Assembly: GCF_963921235.1 (NCBI RefSeq)
Contig: NC_086097.1
Span: forward strand, 62,312,001 to 62,376,000
Direction: 5' to 3'
Origin: Mobula hypostoma
Lineage: Eukaryota
Length of the DNA stretch: 64,000 bases
Shown: positions 51,291-62,489 of the stretch, one piece after another
How the letters are laid out: the number at the start of each line of letters is the position of its first letter
Position numbering within the stretch: position 1 is the stretch's first letter
The notes under the pieces: generated by a model
What the model saw: the letters and a program-made list of their open reading frames with translations, nothing else
What the model was told of the DNA's origin: nothing
Database searches by the model: none
Translations under genes and position numbers: made by a program

Positions 51291-53324
51291 TCTGTACCCT
51301 TAAGAAACTACAAAGGTAAAAGGACATTGATGACAGTTATATACAGGCCTCCCAACCGTGGCTGGGAGGTGGACCACAGGTTACAACAAGAAATAGAAGA
51401 GGTGAGTCAAAAGGGCAATGTTATGGTAGTCATGGGGGATTTTAACATGCAGGTTGATTGGGAAAATCAGGTTGGTAATGGATCTCAAGGAAGTGAGTTT
51501 GTTGAGTGCCTAATAGATAGCTTTTTTGAGCAGTTTGGCATTGAGCCTACTAGGGGATCAGCTATACTGGATTGGGTGTTATGTAATGAACTGGAGGCAA
51601 TTAGGGAGCTTAAAGTAAAAGAACCCTTAGGAACCAGTGATCACAATATCATTGAGTTCAACTTGAAATTTGATAGGGAGAAAGTAAAGTCTGATGTAGC
51701 AGTATTTAAGTGGAGTAAGGGAAATTACAGTGGTATGAGAGAGGAGTTAGCCAAAGTAAATTGGAAAAAGCTGCAGGCAGGGATGTCAGCAGAGCAGCAA
51801 TGGCGTGCGTTTCTGGGGAAAATGAGGAAGGTGCAGGACATGTGTATTCCAAAAATGAAGAAATATTCAAATGGTAAAATAGTACAACCGTGGTTGACAA
51901 GGGAAGTCAAAGCCATTGTAAAAACAAAAGAAAGGGCATACAACAAAGCAAAACTTAATGGGAAGATAGAGGATTTGGAAGTTTTTAAAAACCTACAGAG
52001 AGCAACTAAAACAATCATTAGAAGGGAAATGATGAAATGTGAAAGCAAGCTAGCAAATAATATCAAAGTGGATAGTAAAAGTTCTTTCAAGTATGTTAAA
52101 GATAAAAGGAAAATGAGAGTGGATATAGGAATGCTAGAAAATGAGACAGGAGAAATAATAACGGGGGCAAGGAGAAAGCTGATGAACTGAATGAGTATTT
52201 TACATCAGTCTTCATCGTGGAGGACACTTGCTGTATGTGGTAGTGTATGAAGGAAGAGAAGTGGATGCAGTTACTATTACAAGAGAGAAGATGCTCAAAA
52301 ATCTGAAAACCTAAAGGGTCATACAGTGGCGTGCAAAAGTTTGTGCGTTCCTAGTCAAAATTTCTGTTACTGTGAATAGCTAAGTGAGTAAAAGATGAAC
52401 TGATTTCCAAAAGGCATAAAGTTAAAGATGACAAATTTCTTTAGTATTTTAAGCAAGAAAACTTTTTTATTTCCATCTTTTACAGTTTCAAAATAACAAA
52501 AAAGGAAAAGGTCCCGAAGCAAAAGTTTGGGCACCCTGCATGAGAGTACTTAGTAACACCTCCTTTGGCAAGTACCACAGCTTGTAAACGCTTTTTGTAG
52601 CCAGCTAAGGGTCTTTCAATTCTTGTTGGGGGGATTTTCGCCCATTCTTCCTTGCAATAGGCTTCTAGTTCTGTGAGATTCTTGGGCCATCTTGCATGCA
52701 CTGCTCTTTTGAGGTCTATCCACAGATTCTGGATGATATTTAAGTCAGGGGACTGTGAGGGCCATGGCAAAACCTTCAGCTTTCACCCCTTGAGGTAGTC
52801 CATTGTGGATCTTGAGGTGTGTTTAGGTTCATTATCCTGTTGTAGAAGCCATTCTCATTTTACCTTCGGCTTTTTTACAGACGGTGTGATGTTTACTTCC
52901 AGAATTTGCTGGTATTTAATTGAATTAATTCTTCCCTCTACCAGTAAATGTTCCCCGTGCCACTAGCTGCAACACAAGCCTAAAGCATGATCGATCCACC
53001 CCCATGCTTAACAGTTAGAGAGGGGTTCTTTTCATGAAATTCCGCACTCTTTTTTCTCCAAACATACCTTTGCTCATTGCAGCCAAAAAGTTTTATTTTA
53101 ACTTCATCAGTCCACAGGACTTGTTTCCAAAATGCATCAGGCTTGTTTAGATGTTCCTTTGAACCTTTTGAATAGAACTTTTTGGCCGCAATGAGCAAAG
53201 GTATAAGCGTTCTAGATTAAATAAAATTCATCTTCAGAAAGATAAAAAGAATGGAGGATTAGCCTTACCAAACTTTAGATTTTATTATTGGGCAGTTAAT
53301 ATAAGAAATATAAGTTAATATAAA

Positions 53325-53948
53325 GGAGGAGGAGAAGATGGCAGTGCAACGCAGCACGCATAGCCTCTCTGGTGAAATGACATCATATTTGTAAGTAGGA
53401 TGCCATGCATATTCTGATTTGATGGAGACAGCCATGAGAGCATGGAGGAACATCTGGATTAACTTCTGAAATGCCCGGTTCGCTGCCACTGCTACTGTGC
53501 GATCGTGAATCTCCAGAGGGAAGGCCCCAGAATCCTCGGCTTTGCCTGCTGCTGGCGACCGGGGCTGAAGTTGAAGCATTCGGCAGAGATGGTGCTCGGT
53601 GCTCGGTGTCGGAGGGCTGGTCGGAGCTCGAAGTTTTCGGACAACTCAGAGTCGGACTGTGGTCGGGTATGGCAGGGAGAGTTTTCTTCCTTCTCCTGTC
53701 TGCGTAAGATGTGGGACTTTCGAGAGACTTTGAACTTTTTGCTGTGCTCACGACTTGTTCTTCATCAAGTTACGTTATTGTTTGCACTGTTGATAACTAT
53801 ACGTTATAATTATGTGGTTTTTGTCAGTTTTTCTGTCTTGATCTGTCTGTGATATCACACCGGAGGAATATTGTATCATTTCTTAATGCATGCATTACTA
53901 AATGACAATAAAAGAGGACTGCGTGTCCTCATAATCTAATCTAATCTA
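53325..53948 (+). mobile_element. ~620 bp non-coding, non-autonomous retroposon, copy 2
   Basis: Starts GGAGGAGGAGAAGATGGC and ends AATAAA...(ATCTA)n; homologous to 4037-4657. Confidence 0.85.
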
Positions 53949-54302
53949 TTACGTTAGTCGTGAGTATTGCCCAATGTGGGATTTTTTAGAACCTAACTCT
54001 GTCAATAAATTTTCTATTATCTCTCTTCTTGGATCCTCACTTCCTTTGTCTCTGAGTAAGGAACTGATAACCTGGTAGTTAAACGCACTATGAGAATTTG
54101 GATACAATTCCGAAAATACTTTGGCTGATTGAGATTTTCTCTTTCGAGTCCCATTTTTTCTAATTATTTTTTTAAACCCTTTGTGATTGATGTGGGGTTT
54201 TAAAGAATGGGGAGATTAGGTATTAAACGCTTTCAGGACTTGGTTGTAGAGGGAAATCTGTTTTCATTTGAACAACTGTCAACTAAATATAGTTTACCCA
54301 AA

Positions 54303-55802
54303 CACGAGGAAATCTGCAGATGCTGGAATTTCAAGCAACACACATAAAAGTTGCTGGTGAATGCAGCAGGCCAGGCAGCATCTATAGGAAGAGGTACAGT
54401 GGATGTTTCGGGCTGAGACCCTTTGTCAGGACTAACTGAAAGAACAGATAGTAAGAGATTTGAAAGTGGGAGGGGGAGGGAGAGATCGGAAATGATAGTA
54501 GAAGACAGGAGGGGAAGGGATGGAGCTAAGAGCTGGACAGTTGATTGGCAAAAGGGATATGAGAGGATCACAGGACGGGAGGCCTAGGGAGAAAGAAAGG
54601 GGGAGGGGGAAAGCCCAGAGGATGGCCAAGGAGTATAGTGAGAGGGACAGAGGGAGAAAAAGGAGAGAGAGAGAATAAAAATTAATAATAATAATAATAA
54701 ATAAATAAATAAATAACAGATGGGGTACGAAGGGGAGGTGGGGCATTAACGGAAGTTAGAGAAGTCAACATTCATGCCAGTGAGTTGGAGGCTACCCCGA
54801 TGAAATATAAGGTGTTGTTCCTTCAACCTGAGGGTAGATTCATCTTGACCATAGAGGAGACTGTGGATAGTCATATCAGAATGGGAATGGGACATAGAAT
54901 TAAAATGTGTGGCCGCTGGGAGATCCTGCTTTCTCTGGCAGACAGAGCGTAGGTGTTCAGCAAAATGGTCTCCCAGCCTGGGTCAGGTCTCGCTAATATA
55001 TAGAAGGCCGCATCGGGAGCACCGGACGCAGTTTATCACCCCAGCCGACTCACAGGTGAAGTGTCGCCTCACCTGGAAGGACTGTCTGGGGCACTGAAAG
55101 GTGGTGAGGGAGGAAGTGTAAGGACATGTGTAGCACTTGTTTCACTTACAAGGACAAGTGCCGGGTGGGAGATTGGTAGGAAGGGATGGGGGGGACGAAT
55201 GGACAAGGGAGTTGCGTAGGGAGCGATCCCTGTGGAAAACAGAGGTGGTGGAGGGAAAGATGTGCTTAGTGGTGGGATCTCGTTAGAGGTGGCGGAAGTT
55301 ATGGAGAATTATATGTTGGACATGGAGGCTGGTGGCATGGTAGGTGAGGACAAGGGGAACTCTATTCCTAGTGAGGTGGAGGGAGGATGGGGTGAGAGCA
55401 GATGTGCATGAAATGGGAGAGATGCGTTTGACAGCAGAGTTGATGGTGGAGGAAGGGAAGCCCCTTTCTTTAAAAAAGGAGGACATCTCCTTCGTCCTGG
55501 AATGAAAAGCCTCATCCTGAGAGCAGATGCAGCGGAGACGGAGGAATTGCGAAAAGGGGATGGCATTTTTACAAGAGACAGGGTAGGAATCAACCTTTTG
55601 CCAATCAACTTTCCAGCTGTTAGCTCCATCCCTCCCCCTCCTGTCTTCTCCTATCATTTCGGATCTCCCTCTCCCCCTCCCACTTTCAAATCTCTTACTA
55701 TCTCTTCTATCTGTTAGTCCTGATGAAACGTTGACTGTACCTCTTCCTATAGATGCTGCCCGGACTGCTGCGTTCACCAGCATTTTTTATGTGTGTTGCT
55801 CG
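54303..55802 (-). mobile_element. Neptune-type Penelope element with an inverted 3'-repeat copy at its 5' end (about 55585-55802)
   Basis: Reverse complement of most of 17715-18949; 14-bp TSD ATAGTTTACCCAAA (54289-54302 and 55803-55816). Confidence 0.93.
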
Positions 55803-58719
55803 ATAGTTTACCCAAAACTCATTTTTTCGATACCTACAAATAAGAGATTTTTTTACGGTCTCAAGTAAGTACACTTCCTAAAAGTCCTGATAAGAATCTA
55901 TTAGATGCAATCTTTAATTTGAAACCTTTTTATAATGGATCTATATCTAATATTTATAATATGCTGTTGGAAATGAGAAGTGTTCCTTTAGATAAAATTA
56001 AAAATCTTTGGGAACAGGATTTACAGACTTCAATTTCTGAGGAAACTTGGAATCAAATTTTTAAATTGGTTAACATTTCATTGTTATGTGCCCACTACTC
56101 TCTCCTACAATTTAATGTGGTCCATAGGGCCCATATGACCAAGGATAAGTTGTCTCGTTTTTATTTAGATATATCTCTGTATTGTGATAAATGTAATAAT
56201 GGAGAAGCTTCACTCATTCATATGTTTTGGACACGTCTGAGTCTTGGAAAATATTGAGAAGAACGATTTCAAACTTTCTCGATACTTTTCAAAGTAAGCT
56301 TTAAGCCTAATCCTTTGACTGCTTTATTTGGTATTGTTGGAGGAAAGGATATTATTTTGGAGAAATCTGACTTGCACATTTTGGCTTTTATTTCTCTTAT
56401 AGCCAGAAGGACGCTCTTGCTTAAATAGAAAGGTGCGGCCCCTCCTATTTACGCTCAGTGGTTTCGTGATGTGATGTCATGTTTAAATTTAGAGAAGATT
56501 TGATGTTCAATCTCTGAATCTAGCCAAGGCTTTCAAACATTGTGGGGACCTTTTTTGAATTATTTTCAAAACCTTTGATCTGCTGTTAAAGCATAGATGA
56601 TGGCTAATTTTTTTTTTCCTTTTTTTTCTTTACTAATCAGCTTCGGTCGTGGTAGTGGGTGAGATTTTTTTATACATAATAAAATTGCTATATTTCAATG
56701 TTACAAATTAATTAATCTGTATGAATATAGGTAAGGAGTCTTTATATGCAATTTAGTATAATATATTGATATATATTTTTTCTTGTACTCTGTATTCTTA
56801 TATGTAAATTTAATAATAAAAATATTGGAAAAAGAAACTGTAAAAGGGAAATTACAGAGTTTTCTTGCTTAAAATATTAAAGAAATGTGTCATCTTTAAC
56901 TTTATGCCTTTTAGAAATCAGTTCATCTTTTACTCACTTAGCTATTCACAGTAACAGAAATTTTGACTAGGGGTGCCCAAACTTTTGCACACCACTGTAA
57001 TTCACCTGGACCAGATGAACTGCATCCTAGAGTTCTGAAAGGGGTAGCGTTAGAGGTTGTGGTGGCGTTAGAAATGATCTTCCAGAAATCATTGGACTCT
57101 GGCATGGTGCCAGAGAACTGGAAAATTGCAAATGTCACCCCAATATTTAAGAAAGGAGGAAGGCAGCAGAAAGGGAAATATAGACCAGTTAGCCTGGCCT
57201 CAGTGGTTGGGAAGATGGTGGAGTCAATTGTTAAGGATGAAGTGATGGCATACTTGGTGACACAGGACAAGATAGTACCAAGTCAGAATGGTTTCCTTCA
57301 GAGAAATTCCTGCCTGATGAACCTGTTGGAATTCTTTGAGGAGATTACAAGCAGGATAGATAAAGGGGATGCAGTGGATATCGTATATTTGGAGTTTCAG
57401 AAGGACTTTGACAAGCTGCCACACATGAGGCTGCTTACCACGTTAAGAGCCCGTGGTATTACAGGAAAACTACTAAGATGGTCAAAGTTTTGGCTGATTG
57501 GTAGAAGGCAACGAGTGGGAATAAAAGGATCTTTTTCTGGTTGGTTGCCAGTGAATAGTGGTGTCCCACAGGGGTCAGTTTTGGGACCACTTCTTTTTAT
57601 GCTGTATATAAATGATTTAGATGATGGAATAGATGGGTTTGTTGCCAATTTTGAGATGGATACAATGACTGGTGAAGAGGCAGGTAGTGTCAAGGAAATA
57701 GGTAGTAGCAAATGAAATACAATGCACTTTGATAGTAGAAATAAGTGTGTAGACTATTTTCTAAATGAGGTGAAGATCCAGGAATCTGAGATGCAGAGGG
57801 GCTTGGGAACCTTTGTGCAGAACACGCTGAAGGTTAACTTGTAGGTTGAGTTGGTGGTGAGGAACGCAAATGCCATATTAGCATTCATTTTGAGAGGTCT
57901 AGAATACAAGAGCAAGGATGTCACACTGAGGCTTTATAAGGGATTGATGAGGCCTCACCTTGAGTATTCTAAACAGTTTTGGGCCCCTCATCTTATAAAA
58001 GATGTGCTGACGTTGGAGAGGTCCAGAGGAGGTTCACAAGGATGATTCCAGGAATGAAAGGGTTATCATACGAGGAACATATGATAGTTCTGGATCTATA
58101 CTCACTGGAATTCAGAAAGATGAGAGGGGATCTCATTGAAACCTTTCAAATGTTGAAAAGCCTAGAGAGAGTAGATGTGGAAAGGATGTTTCCCATGGTG
58201 GGAGAATCTAGGACAAGAGGTCGTAGCCTTGGGATAGAAGGGCGGCCTTTCGAAACAGATGCAGAGAAATTTCTTTAGCCAAAGGGTGGTGAATTTGTGG
58301 AATTTGTTGCCACATGCAGCTGTGGAGGCCAGGTCACTGGGTGTATTTAACATAGAGATTGATAGGTTCCTGATTGGACATGGCATCAAAGGTTACGGGG
58401 AGAAGGCCGGAAACTTGGGTTGAGGAGGAGATTAAAAAAAGGATCAGCCATAATTGAATGCAGAGCAGACTTGATTGGCCAGGTGGCCTAATTCTGCTCC
58501 TATGTCTTATGGTCTTATGGTCTTCTCTCTATGGAAACTTCACACACTTCATGACCCCTGACACCTGAAACTTTCACTGTACTGCTAGCGTCTTCCACAA
58601 TAAAGACTGACCAAAATAGTTATTCAGTTCATCTGCTATTTTATTGTCCCCATTCCTACCTCTCCAGTTTCATTTTCCAGTAGTCCAATATCTACTCTTG
58701 CCTCATTTTTACAATCTCC

Positions 58720-61700
58720 ACCTCTGTTTTTCAATTTTTCTGCCCATTTAGAAAATAGTCTCTGCTTTTATTTCTTCTGCCAAATTACATGGCCATACAC
58801 TTCCTTACACTATATTCCATCTGCCACCACTTTGCCCATTTTCCCAGTCTGCCTAAGTCCTTCTGCATATTCCCTACTTCCTCAACACTATTTGCCACTC
58901 CACATATTTTAGTATCATCTGCAAACTTAGCCACAAAGCCATCCATTCCTTGTGACGAGAATACACATAAAATTAAGATGTTTGCTGGCCTGGGTTAGCA
59001 TCAGTGACATCAGCAAGTGGTCTGCCACCTGCCCTCAGGGGAAGGAGAGATAAGGAACAATGGAGCAGCGTCTGGAGATGTGTAATGAAGGGACGGGGGA
59101 GAGAGAGCTGTCTGGAGCGGCTCCCCCCTTTGAACCTTGAACTGTTTGAAGTGATGGACAGGCGATACCCCAGCAGGGGGATAAAAAGGGACCGGTTCGC
59201 TAAGGCAGGACACACACGCCACCCGAGGTAACGAGACCCTGGAAGCGGTACGCTTCTCACGAGTCAGTGGGAAGTGCCAGACAACGGCCAGGGTGGAAAG
59301 GTACGATCAGCGGGAACCTGGTGTGTGTCCGCCCTTGCCTGGGTGCCGGGTTCACTGCAGAGGATCGACCGCATCTGGAGGAGGGGTCACAGTCGGTGAC
59401 CTCAGGTGACATCACCAAGGACCCGCCCAAAAGCTGCTTGTGAGCCATATCGCCGGTCTGTGAGTGAAGCCGTGTCTGAATGATCAGTTGCTCCTGTTCC
59501 CTCTCTCTCTCTCCCCCCACGTTGTCCATCGCCATGGCAACGATTACTGCGAACTGAACTACTAAACTGGACTGAACTTTGAGTCACTTTGAAATTTGGT
59601 CATTTACCCCTAGACAACGATAGAGCTTGATTGATGCTGTTATCTTAATTCTGTGCACATGTGTGTTTATCATTGCTGAACTGTTGCATTTATTATCCTT
59701 TCGATTACTGTGTTGCTTGTTTCTTTAATAAAACTTTCTTAGTTCTAGTACTCCAGACTCCAACTGAGTGATCCATTTCTGCTGGTTTGGCAACCCAGTT
59801 ACGGGGTACGTAACATCCTTTATCCAAATCATTGACATATAACGTGAAAAGAAGCAGTCCTAACACCAACCCTTGTGGAACAGCACTAGTCACCAGCAGT
59901 CAAGAGGCCCCTTTTATTCCCACTCATCCCTCCTGCCAGTCAGCCAATCTTCTATCCATGCAGTAATACCATGGGTTCTAATCTTATTAAGCAGCCTCGT
60001 GTGTGGCACCTTGTCAAAGGCCTTCTGAAAATCCAAGTAAACATCATCCAAAGACTCTACTTTGTCTATTCTGCCTGTTATTTCCTCAAAGCATTCTAAC
60101 TGATTTATTAGACAAGATTTCCCTTTAAGGAAACTATGCTGACTTCAGTCTCCTTTATAACACACATCCAAGTACCCTGAAACCTCATCCTTAATAATAG
60201 ACTCCAATGTCTTCCCAACCACTGAATTCAGGCTAACTGCCCTAAAATTTCCTTTTTACTGCCTCCCTACCTTCTTCAAGAGTGAAGTGACATTTGCAAA
60301 TAATCCAGTCCTCTGGAACTATTCCACAATCTCTTAAAAGATCATACCCCACAATCTCTTCAGCTACCTGTTTCAGAACCCTGGGGTTTAGTCCATCTGG
60401 TCCAGCTGACATATCTGCCTTCAAGCTTTTTAATTTCCCAAGCATCTTCTCCTTAGTAATAGCAACAACACTCATTTCTGAGCCCTGACACTCTTGAATT
60501 TCTGGCATACTGCTAGTGTTTTCCATCGTGAAGCCTAATGCAAAATACTTACTCAGTTTATCTGCCATTTCTCCCTCTCCAGTATTATTTTCCAGTAGTC
60601 CGATATCCACTCTTGCCTCTCTTTACACCTTATATATATTTTTTTTTAAACTTCAGTATCCTCTTTTATGTTATTGGCTAACTTGCCTTCATATTTCACC
60701 TTTTCTCTGCTTATGACTGTTTTATTTGCTTTCTGTTGGTTTTTAAAAGCTTCCCAATCCTCTAACTTCCCAGTATTTTTGTTATGTAATATGCCCCTTT
60801 TTTTTTGCTTTTATGCTGTCTTTGACCTCCCTCGTCACCCACAGTTGCCTCATCCTTCTTTTAGAATACTTCTTCAACTTTGGGATTTATCTGTCATGCA
60901 CCTTCCAAATTGCTTCCAGAAACTCTAACCATTGTTGTTCCGCTGTCATCCCTGCTAGTGCCCCTTTCTAATCAAATTTGGCCAGCTGTAATTCTGTAAT
61001 TCTCTTAAATTCAGTGTAACACTGACACATCTGGCTTTATCTTCTCCCTCTCAACCTGCAGGGTGAATTCTATCATTTTATGATCACCATCTGCTAAGGG
61101 TTCATTTTCCTTAAGCTTCCAAATCAAATCTGGTTCATTACATAACACCCAATCCAGAATTGCCTTTCCTGTAGTGGGCTCAACCACAAGCTGCTCATCA
61201 AAATTCTACAATCTCCCTCTTTTGGGACTCTGCTCCAACCTAATGTTCACAATCAACCTGCATATTGAAATATTCCATTACTATAGTAACACTGCACTTA
61301 TTACATGCTTTTTCTACCTCCCATTGTAATTTGTATCCCACATCTTGGCTACTATTGGGAGGCCTGTCATCAGGGTCTCTTTACCATTGCAGTTTCTTAA
61401 ATCTACTCACAAGGATTCTATATCTTCTGATCCTATGTCACCTCTTTTGAAGGATTTGATTTCATTTTTTACCAACAGAGCCATCCCACCCACTCCGCCA
61501 ACCTGCCTGTCCTTTTAATACAACGTGTATCCTTGGATATTAATCTCCCAGCTATAATCTTCTTTCAGCCATGATTCAGTGATGTCCACAACATCATACA
61601 TGCCAATCTGTAACAGTGCTACAAGGTCATCTACCATACTCTGTGTACTGTGTGCATTCTAATATCACACCTTCTGTCCTGTATTCACCACCCTTTCGAT

Positions 61701-62470
61701 TTTGTCCCCGTTACAGTCCAACTCATTCCACTGACTGCAATTTTGCCCTATCATCTGCCTGTCGTTCCTTACTACATGCTGCATCTACCTGTATACTAAC
61801 TGCCCCATCTGCAGCCCTATCATGCCAGTTCACAACCCCCTGCCAAATTAGTATAAACCATCGCCAACAGCTCTAGCAAAGCTGGCCACGCGGATATTGG
61901 TCCTCATCAGGCTCAGGTGTAGCCCATCCTTTTTGTATCGGTCATACCTCCCCAGAAGAAATCCACTGATCCAGATATCTGAGACCTACCCCCTGCACCA
62001 ATTCCTCATCCACACATTCACCTGCCAAATCATTCTATTCTTAATCTCACTGCTGCTTTTCACTGGCAGCAATCCAGAGATTACTACCCTGGAGCTCCTG
62101 CTTTTCAGCTTTATACCTAACTCCCTACATTATCTCTGCAGTACCTCTTCTCATTTCCTACCTATGTCATTGGTATCAAAATGTACCACTGCTCTGGCTG
62201 CTCACCTCCCTTTTAAAAGCTGTGACCCTGATCCAAGACATTCCTGCCCTGGCATCTGGGAGGCAACATATGTTCCAGGTGCCTCTTTCACATTTGCAGA
62301 ATCTGTTTTCTGTTCTTCTAATAATGAAATTTCCAACCACTACTGCATTACTCCTTCCCCCCACCCCCCACCACCCCTCCCTTCTGGGCCAGACAGCCAG
62401 ACTCAGTGCCAGAGACCTCCCCTCTGCAGCTTCTTCCTGGTAGGTTGTTCCCCCAACAGTATCCAATGAC
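58720..62470 (-). mobile_element. Decayed CR1 LINE (ORF1 esterase remnant, EN, RT) split by a solo LTR
   Basis: AVVVGNFIIR...ICCLPDAR; AGPDGLNPRVLKQ; PQGLVLG...YVNDLD. Confidence 0.9.
58951..59815 (+). mobile_element. Solo LTR, 865 bp
   Basis: TGTGACG...CGTAACA inverted ends; 4-bp TSD TCCT (58947-58950 and 59816-59819); GATAAAA near 59180; AATAAA near 59727. Confidence 0.92.
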
Positions 62471-62489
62471 TCCCAACTAGAAAAGGCTC

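Larger units (their letters stand above)
53205..56836 (+). mobile_element. 5'-truncated L1-clade LINE (ORF2 C-terminus and 3' UTR) carrying two insertions
   Basis: GGLALPNFRFYYWA; FEQLSTKYSLPK/THFFRYLQIR; CDKC...ASLIHMFW; AATAAA and A-rich end. Confidence 0.9.
52324..56997 (-). mobile_element. Tc1-family DNA transposon with long TIRs, interrupted by L1
   Basis: CAGTGGCGTGCAAAAGTTTG...CAAACTTTTGCACACCACTG; >130-bp TIRs; TA on both sides; transposase remnants VLWTDE, TVKHGGGSIM, WPSQSPDLN (about 52550-53160). Confidence 0.93.
51296..58523 (+). mobile_element. CR1 LINE ORF2 (EN to 3' tail), split by Tc1 at 52324-56997
   Basis: VIYRPP/GDFN/SDHN in ORF 51225-52190; resumes with SPGPDELHPRVLK at about 57000; (TCTTATGG)n tail. 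Confidence 0.95.

Noticed and set aside
51225..52190. 321-aa ORF as a host gene
   Set aside because: CR1 endonuclease and linker fragment whose start comes from the neighbouring antisense CR1.
49725..52323. Head-to-head CR1s as a single twin-primed inversion
   Set aside because: The two pieces cover overlapping parts of ORF2 and each has its own 3' tail, so they are independent insertions.
56963..57715. 250-aa RT ORF as a retron or other bacterial RT system
   Set aside because: CR1 RT starting in the Tc1 TIR; the catalytic motif is mutated (FEMD) and the context is eukaryotic.
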